This document shows, in pieces, positions 43,401 through 51,917 of a stretch of 64,000 bases of DNA (positions are counted from its first letter, which is position 1; every line of letters begins with the position of its first letter). This DNA comes from a virus (lineage: Duplodnaviria > Caudoviricetes): positions 224,001-288,000 of the IMG/VR virus record IMGVR_UViG_3300007171_000004. One strand, 5' to 3'. The notes below the pieces were generated by a model. It was not told the DNA's origin. It saw only the letters and a list, made by a program, of their open reading frames with translations, and did not search any database. The translations under genes and the position numbers were made by a program.

Positions 43401-43769
43401 GTTTCTAAAAAAATCATTGTATTTGACAATATTGAGGGAAAAGGATTAGGATACAATGATGATGACACTGATGAAGAAAGACTGCAGAAATTAAAAAGAC
43501 AAAAACAAATATTTGAACTTTACACTGCATTCTCAAATATGATGCCAGATGAGTATTCTGTTTATGTTGGTGGTGGATATTCCAAAGTTGATCTTGAAGA
43601 ATTAGCTGATGAAGATAAAGTAGAGCAAGAATTTGATTATAAAGCGTCAATACCTAGAAAAAATTATGTATTAGACACTGATAGAAATCGTATAATAATT
43701 GACGACGATAAAATTTATTCTGATGCATATAAGCAATTTAGAATTTTAAGGAGTAATAATAGTGAATAA
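40440..43769 (+). CDS. Large hypothetical protein with conserved-looking C-terminal domain (LG..TDCCQ...AQSWVW...VFDNIE)
   Basis: 1109 aa, TTG start after SD GAGG; MKRLSQ N-terminus; helical body; function not established. Confidence 0.8.
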   Translation: MKRLSQEEEIQVPPQEVQITPEEREAWFQNSIPLLEKYQVPQEYYPYYRQLANISASERLYTIAVNNWGKYIDQIKNGLDTPEDYQAIQILRKNPGFNNFPQERIKDYIRFLQNYPDLYEKYNWSFYQSIMENPNFFQDDNKQLLLSRFFYFGSSHPKKQIDDAINFIERISAYPEIFNYLVDESNEKYEITKTYLDFCNKYPDQVDFFAQGLRRFKFINSFYNFINQFAENNSINFKEAREAFELIDNETSKLTAYNIKKVKENLKTPEDIETFNKVTRRFFDGTLATPYERDLRESSSKEEYGFFSNVDQHREIDSLIFLAKTTIGKGAANLPDGKLYIYLGGMYKDALNQLIKVYYFYKNNGNLSDEEIIEKCNDLKLFDESGASNISIQKVLSNNQDYQNIVLQKSGLSHLKNDGNLDFLKDFYYIFTYLNQDTIQKILQEISHKLNITLTSDNVELIKSQFNLIQPRIISLLQAKDTLSRTFIPNSFIKDFLNFFFNKYPYHYSNILKSLIDNIQQIPTEKFSPRYFDELVIKYIKSDLKYSRFDDFEGDILDYVSLYETGNTYLNKLDLSDEQIEKIKQLYDQYSKEFRFPKSTLINLAILEVTQGVELSGEFAKNFKNHDLLDKISDTIFESKNKNPKDIEFILNKFSNLVTPYFLVAIANSLKYKTQRFIEQIKSLPLEIMLCLILDGDDVELFELDDSEARDYINKFDRQYRNLHKNTREYFVVLCFTITYKNLFGMPSNLMISGINNDIDKDGSYEVIEQSTDAYSFLLLIFGKNITNWLRKFNDPHDAVQGFNIDFNWPRSEKAFGDYLLKATLGYKNLSTFPTQKIKMIQNYWLELTEEEKQLPFAQLYSVCDVKNFKKIHSEYDVKSDKFASEYQSAAMKSGFEPLQEHYLNSLNVPLPSWSNVVISKGGYTGRFLPRSDARGIFLGKHTDCCQSPGDAGEGAALYGQIEPTSAFFVVENKKGQIIAQSWVWEDVSKKIIVFDNIEGKGLGYNDDDTDEERLQKLKRQKQIFELYTAFSNMMPDEYSVYVGGGYSKVDLEELADEDKVEQEFDYKASIPRKNYVLDTDRNRIIIDDDKIYSDAYKQFRILRSNNSE

Positions 43770-44121
43770 AAAAATAATGATTCTATTATCTGTAAGTTTC
43801 TTGTTAATGGGAAGTTATGTAGAAAAAACAAAATCTTTGGAATTTAGTGGACAACGATATTTTAAGATTGTTGATACTAATGGAAGATTCGATAAAGTAC
43901 AAGAACGATTCAATGCCTTATGTTTGAGATATGGTGTTAAAAGCTCTGATGTTTCTGAAGCAAAAGTAAATGGAAATTGGTGTGTAGTTGTTGGAGATAA
44001 AGTTCTTGTAACTGTAACAAATGCAGATTCCAAACTACATAAAACTTCACATGAAAAATTAGCTAAAATATGGGCAAAAAACGTAGCAAAACATATTGAA
44101 TCTGTAACACCATTAAATTAA
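43762..44121 (+). CDS. Small exported protein
   Basis: Signal-peptide-like MNKKIMILLSVSFLLMG; LVTVTNAD...LAKIWA. Confidence 0.75.
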   Translation: MNKKIMILLSVSFLLMGSYVEKTKSLEFSGQRYFKIVDTNGRFDKVQERFNALCLRYGVKSSDVSEAKVNGNWCVVVGDKVLVTVTNADSKLHKTSHEKLAKIWAKNVAKHIESVTPLN

Positions 44122-44142
44122 TTTTTAACTTGATATTTAATT

Positions 44143-44171
44143 AAAAAGGAGCCTATTTCTAGGCTCCTTTT
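44143..44171. terminator. Bidirectional intrinsic terminator
   Basis: AAAAAGGAGCCT-ATTTCT-AGGCTCCTTTT between convergent genes. Confidence 0.8.
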
Positions 44172-44176
44172 ATTTG

Positions 44177-45145
44177 TTATCTTACTGGAAAACCAGCCTG
44201 GTCTAGAATCTGTTGTCCTGTTGGGTAATAACTCTTACCCCAGAGGAAGTTGTTTGGATTAATAGTTGCTTCAAAACGATGAAACTTTGCATGTCCATCA
44301 GCAAATACATAATTAGAACCACCTGTATGACGACCTGGCTCCATGAACCGAATATGCAGTCCGCCATCAGCTGCAACGGATCTACATCCACCAGTACCAT
44401 TTTGTGCACTAGAATCAGATGGTCCACCCCAGCCCTCAGCTCCTTCTGCAGCAGCCTTAGTAATAGCAAAGATTGATCCTGACGCATCCGCAAAACTTTG
44501 TCCTGCCCATTGACCGCCAGAAACTGTACGCATTATGGCATTTGTTGGTCGGTGAGACTTGTTTCTTCGTTCAGTATTGAGTTGGCCAGTTGAACCTAAA
44601 AAGATACAATTTAAGTGATTAGTTGCTTCTGCAATGGCAATAACATCAGCTGGAGCATCAATTGCAGCGATAGGAACAACGTTTGGAGCATCTTGAGGGC
44701 CACGCTTACGAGGAAGAACAGCCGAATTAGGAACATAGGAAAGACGAGGAACCTGAGCTTCGCATCCAAGGGTATTTACATCTGTCCAAGGCATACAAGG
44801 AGGATTGTCTGGACCTACTCCACCGTTCTTATCAGATGGACATACCCAAACTTTGTCACTCTTGATATATGGCTGTACCATTGCAGAATAATGAATATAT
44901 CCACCAGCTGATCCGCCATTAGTCGTTGCGGTGTTGTTCTTGTACATGTATGCAGTCGGATAGGTTTCATCATAATCCTGAGTGTACATCATAAGACCAA
45001 TTCCAATTTGCTTCTCATTCGACAAACAACTTGCCGATCGGGCCTTCTCACGAGCCTGGGCAAACACTGGGAAGAGGATAGCTGCCAAAATCGCAATAAT
45101 AGCAATGACAACTAAGAGTTCAATTAAAGTAAAAGCTTTTTTCAT
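44177..45145 (-). CDS. Prepilin-type N-terminal cleavage/methylation protein with DUF1559 and H-X9-DG C-terminal motif
   Basis: [42 protein letters not shown]...MYTQDYDE; C-terminal [16 protein letters not shown]. Confidence 0.93.
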   Translation of the reverse strand: MKKAFTLIELLVVIAIIAILAAILFPVFAQAREKARSASCLSNEKQIGIGLMMYTQDYDETYPTAYMYKNNTATTNGGSAGGYIHYSAMVQPYIKSDKVWVCPSDKNGGVGPDNPPCMPWTDVNTLGCEAQVPRLSYVPNSAVLPRKRGPQDAPNVVPIAAIDAPADVIAIAEATNHLNCIFLGSTGQLNTERRNKSHRPTNAIMRTVSGGQWAGQSFADASGSIFAITKAAAEGAEGWGGPSDSSAQNGTGGCRSVAADGGLHIRFMEPGRHTGGSNYVFADGHAKFHRFEATINPNNFLWGKSYYPTGQQILDQAGFPVR

Positions 45146-45268
45146 ATTTTTTGACCTTTCGCTTTGCGCTAATATAATATTCCACGTAAATAATCATAAA
45201 ATATTAAGTGATTGTTAAGAAACTTATTTTTGCAAGAACTATTCAAAAATTTCTTAAAAATTATAACT

Positions 45269-45877
45269 ATGTGGCATATAATCGACTATATTCAATTAAA
45301 ACTAAAAGGCTATAAAGCTATCGGCCATGTTAGATATAAAAATGAATCTATGGCCCCAAATGAATGGAAAAGATCATTATGGGATAGGTTAAAACACAAT
45401 GATCTTTTTTCTCCAATAAATATAAATTCAGAAGAGCATAAGAAAGAATTTAGAGTATTTATTCAAGGCAAAGTTATTATAGTTGCAGTTAACATTTTTC
45501 TTTTCTCTTTCATATACTCGTTTGCAAAAGACTCATATACAATCTTAAAAGCTAAATATAACCTCTATAAAATCGAAAGTATAGATTTTAATAAAGAAAT
45601 TCCAAAAGATTTAGCAACATCATATAACTGGAAAAAATTTAAAAGAGATCAATATTTAAAATCTAATGAAATAGATAAATATACACAATCAAATAAAGAG
45701 ATAATTGAAATAGATAGATGGATAGAATATTCCAGAGAGAAATCTAAAAAAGATTATTTTGAATACAATTATGATCTAATAAAAAGCAATTTGTTTTCTT
45801 TTGGTAATAATCTACTTATAATATATATGATTTCTAAATATTACTGGAAAAGAAATAAAAAGCGAAATACAGAATAA
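45269..45877 (+). CDS. Membrane protein with two hydrophobic segments
   Basis: VIIVAVNIFLFSFIYSF and C-terminal LLIIYMIS; start placed at MWHIIDY. Confidence 0.7.
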   Translation: MWHIIDYIQLKLKGYKAIGHVRYKNESMAPNEWKRSLWDRLKHNDLFSPININSEEHKKEFRVFIQGKVIIVAVNIFLFSFIYSFAKDSYTILKAKYNLYKIESIDFNKEIPKDLATSYNWKKFKRDQYLKSNEIDKYTQSNKEIIEIDRWIEYSREKSKKDYFEYNYDLIKSNLFSFGNNLLIIYMISKYYWKRNKKRNTE

Positions 45878-45884
45878 AAACATT

Positions 45885-46244
45885 ATGAAAAGATATGCTG
45901 ACAAATTTCAAGATCAATTGCAAAATATGATCAATATTCTCGACCAATTCAATTCTCTTTATTCTGAAACAAGTAGATATGGAAATAAAGATGTTTCTGC
46001 ATTAGATGCTCAAGCAGAAATGTTACAATCTGAATTTTCAAGATTAATGAGATTATATATTGAAAGCAAATCTGGAGAAGTTACAAGAAGATATTTAGAT
46101 AGAGTAGATAGAGCTGATACACCAGGGCAATTAGATAGAATTAAAAGAAAAATGCAAACTGAAAAATTCCCTGTAGATCAAGAAGCTGTATTAAATGCCA
46201 TATCTGAAAAACTTAAATCAAGAGGATATGATGATGTGGTATAA
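45885..46244 (+). CDS. Hypothetical helical protein (MKRYA N-terminus)
   Basis: 119-aa ORF; its stop overlaps the next start (ATGTGGTATAA). Confidence 0.75.
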   Translation: MKRYADKFQDQLQNMINILDQFNSLYSETSRYGNKDVSALDAQAEMLQSEFSRLMRLYIESKSGEVTRRYLDRVDRADTPGQLDRIKRKMQTEKFPVDQEAVLNAISEKLKSRGYDDVV

Positions 46245-46797
46245 ACTTGCTGCTATAAGAGTCAATGACCAAGAAGTTCCAGAAGAAGATTTCCTTAAAA
46301 AATTTATCAATGTTGCTACTAATGTTAATAAACAACATTATTGGATAGTTAATGGCGAAAAGTATGCTCCACCAGAAAACTATGGACATAACTACACTGC
46401 CATGATGCTTAAATTACAACATGGTGTCTATCCAAATGATCCAGATTTTAATGAAACACCTATTGAATTTGTTGGAAGAGGAATTGGGAGCATGGCTAAT
46501 GGCGGAACAATAAGAGTTAGCCAGATGTTAGATGATGCTGATCTTTCTATATATGGACCTGTCAGCGATAATACTCTTGAAAACATACTAAAATTTATAT
46601 CCCCAGACTGTATAGGTCAATGGGAAATTCTTAATGTTGCTGGAAACCCAAATGGAAGAGGATTTGATTCTCTTAAACAAACAATCCAGAATCTTACATT
46701 AGGACTTAATCAAAACACAAAAGAAGAAATTGACACTGCTCCTATCAAAAGAGTTGACAACACTCCATCATTTTATAAAGGCAGATCTGGAGACTAA
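46234..46797 (+). CDS. MWYK-leader protein with C-terminal YKGRSGD
   Basis: MWYKLAA start after GAGG; ends TPSFYKGRSGD. Confidence 0.8.
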   Translation: MWYKLAAIRVNDQEVPEEDFLKKFINVATNVNKQHYWIVNGEKYAPPENYGHNYTAMMLKLQHGVYPNDPDFNETPIEFVGRGIGSMANGGTIRVSQMLDDADLSIYGPVSDNTLENILKFISPDCIGQWEILNVAGNPNGRGFDSLKQTIQNLTLGLNQNTKEEIDTAPIKRVDNTPSFYKGRSGD

Positions 46798-46821
46798 TTT
46801 TAGCCTCAAAATCATCTAATT

Positions 46822-47190
46822 TCACTCAGTTACACAATAAGATATACAAACAGTTGGCTCCCAGAAAGATTGCAAATATCGTACCTTTACAGAATTAACA
46901 TATCTAGTAGTGTCATTAGGAACAATTTTTGCTCTTACTAATAAATCTACAATAGGTTTTATCAAATTGTCAGAGTCGTGTTTCATCTTCCAATTCATAT
47001 CTGCCATAACTAAAATTTCTACATCAACTGGAAATGAATCAGCTGGCAACATAGATTCAACAATTATTGGTAAATTCTTATCTATCCATTCTCTATATTT
47101 TTTACTTTTAATTAATTTGCCATAAGCTACTGGAGTGTACATCTTATTTGCTGAAAATGGATGTGTAATAGTACAATACTTCTTAAGCAT
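46822..47190 (-). CDS. rusA: RusA-family Holliday junction resolvase
   Basis: PFSANKMY, SKKYREW, KHDSDNLIKPIVDLL, IVPNDT. Confidence 0.8.
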   Translation of the reverse strand: MLKKYCTITHPFSANKMYTPVAYGKLIKSKKYREWIDKNLPIIVESMLPADSFPVDVEILVMADMNWKMKHDSDNLIKPIVDLLVRAKIVPNDTTRYVNSVKVRYLQSFWEPTVCISYCVTE

Positions 47191-47238
47191 ATATTTCTTT
47201 TACAGGGATATAGGAGTAAAATCGGTAAAATTAAAATC

Positions 47239-48924
47239 ATGTGGTATCGAATATCTAATCAATTACAATTACCTGAAACTGATGTCCCTCAAAATCCTGT
47301 AGAACCAGAAGTCCAGGAAGAAGAGCAAGAGCAACCTCAGCTTTTAGAAACAGAAAAACCAACGCAAAGCTTATTTTTTAGTGAATGGGCTAAGGATCAT
47401 TATGTTCCAACTCAACCTGTTTATCATGGGACGACTCACGACTTTGACGAATTTCAAATTATCAACACTGGAGATAATTCTTTAGGTGATGGTTTCTATT
47501 TCACTAGTGAAGACAAAGAAGCTGAAAAATTCTATACAGGAAAAGGCGGAGATCAACTGCGACAAATTGATCGAATCGCCACAGATTTTGCTGATTCATA
47601 TTATGGCAACGATGATGAACTATTTGAATTGTTTGGTGATAAATATCCAGAATGTTTCCAAGATGGCGAAGTTAAAGATGCTTATGAATTAGGTGAAAAA
47701 ATTGGATCTGATCGAATTCTTGGAGGAAAACCTAAAGTAATTCCAGCTCATATTAGAATGAAAAATCCATTTGTCTTAACTCAAATGAATCCTAACTTTC
47801 CTTACAGCCCAACTATGTTTTATGATGATTTCCAAGAAGAAGAAATTCCAGAAGCTGATGGGGATGATGGATATGACCCTGAAAATAATGAATCGCCAGA
47901 AAAATTAATTATTGAAAAAGATGGAGAGAAAAAATATTCTTTCAAAACATTAATTCACAAACTCTATGATATTTTATTAGAATATTATGAAGATTATAAT
48001 GCTTATGAATTTATTAACCAAGTAATATTAGATAATGCAAACCCTGGTGCAGATATCAACGCAATGCATATTTTCCAATCTATAACAAATCAAACTGAAT
48101 ATTTCAAACATCAATATGAAGATGATTACCATAGCGAAATAGTAAAAAAACTTATGGAATCTTTAGGTTTTGACAGCATTATCCAAGACCCAAAGGCATT
48201 CTGGCCATCTAATGAATATGAACCAGGAACACAACATTATTTCTTATGGAAGCCTGAGAACATTAAACACGCTAGAGAAAATATTGAATTTAATCCTGAT
48301 AGCAGAAAAATTTATTCAGCCTATATGTTTAATCCAGAAGGTCAAGGTGTTTTAGATTTAGGCATCAAGCTAAAATATGACCCATCTAATTATGAAGCTA
48401 GAATTGAGAAAGAAAGAAATGACAAGAATTCTCACATGCTAGATATTGGAGCTTATATTAAAGGTACAAATATCAAACTAGGACAGATTGATTTATTTTG
48501 TGATAAATCAGTTCCACCTGAAGAAAGATATGTAGATGTTGAATTAGTTTTAGTCTATGATAATAATAAAAGTTTTAAACAACAACTAAGACAACAATAT
48601 AATCCACTTGAAATAGATGAATTTAGTGGATCAAGAGTTAAATGGGGTATTGGAGAATTTCTTTATAACGCTGCAAGAAAATTGATCCAAGAAAAAATGC
48701 CTGAAGTGAAATATATTGCTGGTAATATTCATAGTAAAGAAGCATTCAAAGCAAGAAATAAAGCGTTCGGTGATCCTTTAGAAATAAAAGATGTTAATAC
48801 AGACACTAATGTTTCTCAATTAGATGCTCAAAAACAAATTCCATATATGGTTTTTGATGAATATACAGAACAACCAGAATTTCGAACAGATGACGCATTT
48901 TGGGTAAAACATAATGTGGTATAA
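47239..48924 (+). CDS. MWYR-leader polyvalent protein: ADP-ribosyltransferase-like domain plus possible C-terminal GNAT
   Basis: PVYHGTTHDFDEF, LGDGFYFTS..EA..FY, VIPAHIRMKNPF, LGFDSII; C-terminal RVKWGIGEFLYNAA. Confidence 0.65.
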   Translation: MWYRISNQLQLPETDVPQNPVEPEVQEEEQEQPQLLETEKPTQSLFFSEWAKDHYVPTQPVYHGTTHDFDEFQIINTGDNSLGDGFYFTSEDKEAEKFYTGKGGDQLRQIDRIATDFADSYYGNDDELFELFGDKYPECFQDGEVKDAYELGEKIGSDRILGGKPKVIPAHIRMKNPFVLTQMNPNFPYSPTMFYDDFQEEEIPEADGDDGYDPENNESPEKLIIEKDGEKKYSFKTLIHKLYDILLEYYEDYNAYEFINQVILDNANPGADINAMHIFQSITNQTEYFKHQYEDDYHSEIVKKLMESLGFDSIIQDPKAFWPSNEYEPGTQHYFLWKPENIKHARENIEFNPDSRKIYSAYMFNPEGQGVLDLGIKLKYDPSNYEARIEKERNDKNSHMLDIGAYIKGTNIKLGQIDLFCDKSVPPEERYVDVELVLVYDNNKSFKQQLRQQYNPLEIDEFSGSRVKWGIGEFLYNAARKLIQEKMPEVKYIAGNIHSKEAFKARNKAFGDPLEIKDVNTDTNVSQLDAQKQIPYMVFDEYTEQPEFRTDDAFWVKHNVV

Positions 48925-49816
48925 ATTCGCTGCTCAAGGAATAATTCAACACCAAGTATCTGACCAAGAAATAGATGCGCTTGTAGATAGATCTCTTATT
49001 GACACTGGATCAACATATTTAATCAATCAATTCTCCCTAAGAGATGGATTGCTGGATTTATTCCCAAGCCTTAATAATGTCAAATTTCAAAGCCTACCTG
49101 ATGAATTTGGACTCTATAATATCACAACTCAAGAATTAATATTAGAAGATGAAATTGCAAAAGAAGATTTAGGCCTTTTTAAAACCAATTTACATCACGA
49201 ACTTCAACATGTAGCAGATCCAAATCTTAAAAGAAATCATGAATATATTAATAAAATAGCTGATGATGCAACTTTAGCTCTTATTATTGATATTCCTGAA
49301 GTTGATGAAGATACAGTTTTCCCAACATATGAAGAGACTGTAAACAAAATTTTCCTCAAATACATGAATAGAAAACCAACAGAATATGACACTCCATTCT
49401 TAGACAAAATTAAAAATAAATATTCAGAAGAACAATTCAATGATGTTATTAATAGAATTAAATCTGGAGATCATCCCTATTATAATTCTCCTATTGAAAA
49501 AGCAGCAAATTTAAAAGATTTCACAAGAATTTTCTCTGTAAGCAATCTATTAGGAATAAAAGATTTAATTTCTAAAAAACCATCATATACAATGGAAAAA
49601 CATATCAAGGTTATTAGCGATATCTTAAGATCTCCATCCTCAGATAAATTTAAAGCTGTACTTGGATTGTTAGAAATAAAATATCCAGAAGCTGAACAAA
49701 CTATTGACCCTCTGTTTATCTTAAATGCCAACACAAGCCCAAAATATGAAAAGCAATTTAAAAAACAATTGGGAAATATTATCAACGAATTACAAGAATT
49801 ATTAAAAGAGAACTAA
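48914..49816 (+). CDS. MWYK-leader protein with HExxH zinc metallopeptidase motif
   Basis: GLYN...LIL..., NLHHELQHVAD, later YYNSPIEK.A. Confidence 0.65.
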   Translation: MWYKFAAQGIIQHQVSDQEIDALVDRSLIDTGSTYLINQFSLRDGLLDLFPSLNNVKFQSLPDEFGLYNITTQELILEDEIAKEDLGLFKTNLHHELQHVADPNLKRNHEYINKIADDATLALIIDIPEVDEDTVFPTYEETVNKIFLKYMNRKPTEYDTPFLDKIKNKYSEEQFNDVINRIKSGDHPYYNSPIEKAANLKDFTRIFSVSNLLGIKDLISKKPSYTMEKHIKVISDILRSPSSDKFKAVLGLLEIKYPEAEQTIDPLFILNANTSPKYEKQFKKQLGNIINELQELLKEN

Positions 49817-49817
49817 C

Positions 49818-50327
49818 ATGTGGTACAAAAAAGCAATTCTTCTTACAGATATTGAAATCGAAATGGAACTTCTTCATAATGCAAAAACCACTGAAGATAT
49901 ACATAAGAATTACAGAAATCTATCTAAAAGACACCACCCTGATGTAAATCCTGATCCAGACTCTACTAAAAATTTTCAAAACATTCAAAATATTTATGAT
50001 GAAGTGAAAGATCAACCACTCTACTCAACTGAAGATTTTACAAGCAGAGAAATGACAGAAGATGATGTTAGAGATAATATAGAACTTCAAGATAATTTTC
50101 TAAATACAGATGAAGAAGCACTTAAAATGGGCATACTTCAATCTGTAGAAACATACTTCAATAATAATGTTCCAGATAATTATGACACACCTGATTTTGA
50201 AATGTATGAATCTTTAACCGAACAAATTTATAATCAAGTTAAAGATATTCAGCCAACACCATATGAAACAATTGCAAATCTAATTAATAATATGGCTGGA
50301 AACTACATTAGAGAAAATTATAGCTAA
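49818..50327 (+). CDS. MWYK-leader J-domain (DnaJ type III) protein
   Basis: EDIHKNYRNLSKRHHPDVNP...FQNIQNIYDEV with intact HPD (49935-49943). Confidence 0.85.
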   Translation: MWYKKAILLTDIEIEMELLHNAKTTEDIHKNYRNLSKRHHPDVNPDPDSTKNFQNIQNIYDEVKDQPLYSTEDFTSREMTEDDVRDNIELQDNFLNTDEEALKMGILQSVETYFNNNVPDNYDTPDFEMYESLTEQIYNQVKDIQPTPYETIANLINNMAGNYIRENYS

Positions 50328-50545
50328 TTCTTCTTCAAACTCTTAGCATATTTTAACATACTATCCACCTGAGCTTTTGATGGAATTTCAGGACTGTCTC
50401 TTCTATACATGTCATAAATTGTTTTCCGAAGATCTTTTGTTTTAGGATTTTTAAACAATATTGCAGCAGGTTCGTGGCATCCAATACAACGTTCCTTATA
50501 TTCAATCTTAGGATCTATTAACATTAAAAATAATATTAACTCCAC
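50324..50545 (-). CDS. Putative miniature c-type cytochrome
   Basis: Short hydrophobic N-terminus, CIGCH haem-attachment motif, candidate Met ligand (TIYDMY), C-terminal helix AQVDSMLKYAKSL. Confidence 0.5.
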   Translation of the reverse strand: MELILFLMLIDPKIEYKERCIGCHEPAAILFKNPKTKDLRKTIYDMYRRDSPEIPSKAQVDSMLKYAKSLKKN

Positions 50546-51141
50546 TGAACATCACACTCTTCTCTAATACAAAAATCTGCCAAAGCTTCTAACTGTAATA
50601 ACTTACCCTCAATATAATTTACATCAATTCCGCCACCGTATGTTCTGGGGCCGTCTTCATCAGGTCTAGTGAATTCTTCTAATATCCTAGAACCTTTAAC
50701 ACTTTCAATTTTCCTCAGTAATGCTAAAGGCGAAATAGAACCCACATCATCACTATTATCTATATTCAACAACTGGAAAATTGTGCGGGCATTCATATTT
50801 GACAATTGAACAGTATAAGAATCAGAAGGCATATGGGCAATACAACTTAAACTCATTACAACTTTACCATTTTTAACAATATTAAATTCTGGAAAAGCAC
50901 CACCCTCATCCATTACCAGATTACCAAACTGCCTGTACTCAGAAATCCAAAATGATAAAGGCTGATAACCATTCTTCTGTACATATTTATAAAAATAATA
51001 AGCCATATCATCATCATATTTATCAGCTAAGATTTTTCTTAAAGAACCATCAGGATCTTCATAAATACGTTCATGACAAAATTCATACAGGGTGTCATCA
51101 TTAACTTCTTTGCGCAAATTAGCACTAAATTCAATACTCAT
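50536..51141 (-). CDS. Hypothetical protein
   Basis: 201-aa acidic ORF. Confidence 0.75.
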   Translation of the reverse strand: MSIEFSANLRKEVNDDTLYEFCHERIYEDPDGSLRKILADKYDDDMAYYFYKYVQKNGYQPLSFWISEYRQFGNLVMDEGGAFPEFNIVKNGKVVMSLSCIAHMPSDSYTVQLSNMNARTIFQLLNIDNSDDVGSISPLALLRKIESVKGSRILEEFTRPDEDGPRTYGGGIDVNYIEGKLLQLEALADFCIREECDVQWS

Positions 51142-51239
51142 AATACTTTTTTTATAAAATTAATGTTAAAAATACCTTCAAGAGGATTTTTTAAAGATAT
51201 TCAGTAAAAATATGTTAATACCTCAAAAAGTAAAACATT

Positions 51240-51917
51240 ATGAATAAAAGACAAATCCTAGCATCATTAAATAATATAGCTTCCACACTTGATAAATTAA
51301 ATTTATTTCAAGAAGCTGATTCAATCACTCTAGTAATGAATAGATTGGCATCATCTGAATCAGATTATGATCAAAGGAGAAAGTATCAAGAACTTTTTGA
51401 TCAAAAATCTTTGTCAGAATTATTAAATGACTTAAAAAAAGTAATAGATGACATTAATATCAAATTAGAAAATGATGCAAAGACAAATTTAGAAAATAAA
51501 TTCAAAAAATTTAAATTAAATAATCCTGAAGCTACATATGAAGATTTTCAAAAAGCAAGTGTATTTAATAGACCAAGAATAGAATATAAAAATCCTATTG
51601 ATGAACTTGTAGCAAAATACGATATAAATGATAACTCAAGCGTAAATCAATTTAATCAATTTGAAAGCGAATTAATGAAAGAAATTGGTAGAGGCTTTTA
51701 TAGCTTTCCTTTTGAAGTTGATGGCCTGAGTTTTGATGGTACTAAATATAATTTAACTTTTCTATTTGACATGATTAGAAAAAAATTAAGAAATAATCCT
51801 GAAGTATTACCATTCAATAATGTACCTCTTCCGCCAACTGAAGGAGAAGATTCAGAAGAAGATGTTTCGAATTTATTAGAATGGGCTAGAAATCCTTATG
51901 AAAAGAGAACATTATGA
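51240..51917 (+). CDS. MNKRQI-leader hypothetical protein
   Basis: MNKRQILASLNNIASTLDKLNLFQEADSITLVMNRLA leader plus unique body. Confidence 0.8.
   Translation: MNKRQILASLNNIASTLDKLNLFQEADSITLVMNRLASSESDYDQRRKYQELFDQKSLSELLNDLKKVIDDINIKLENDAKTNLENKFKKFKLNNPEATYEDFQKASVFNRPRIEYKNPIDELVAKYDINDNSSVNQFNQFESELMKEIGRGFYSFPFEVDGLSFDGTKYNLTFLFDMIRKKLRNNPEVLPFNNVPLPPTEGEDSEEDVSNLLEWARNPYEKRTL

Noticed and set aside
46234-48924. MWYK motif as a by-product of a DNA element (ATGTGGTATAA = stop/start overlap or extended -10)
   Set aside because: The 11-mer does encode the upstream VV-stop twice and also occurs as a promoter-like box before dnaK. However, other members use TAC, CGA or AGA codons and have no overlap, so a peptide-level constraint fits better. 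Not fully excluded.
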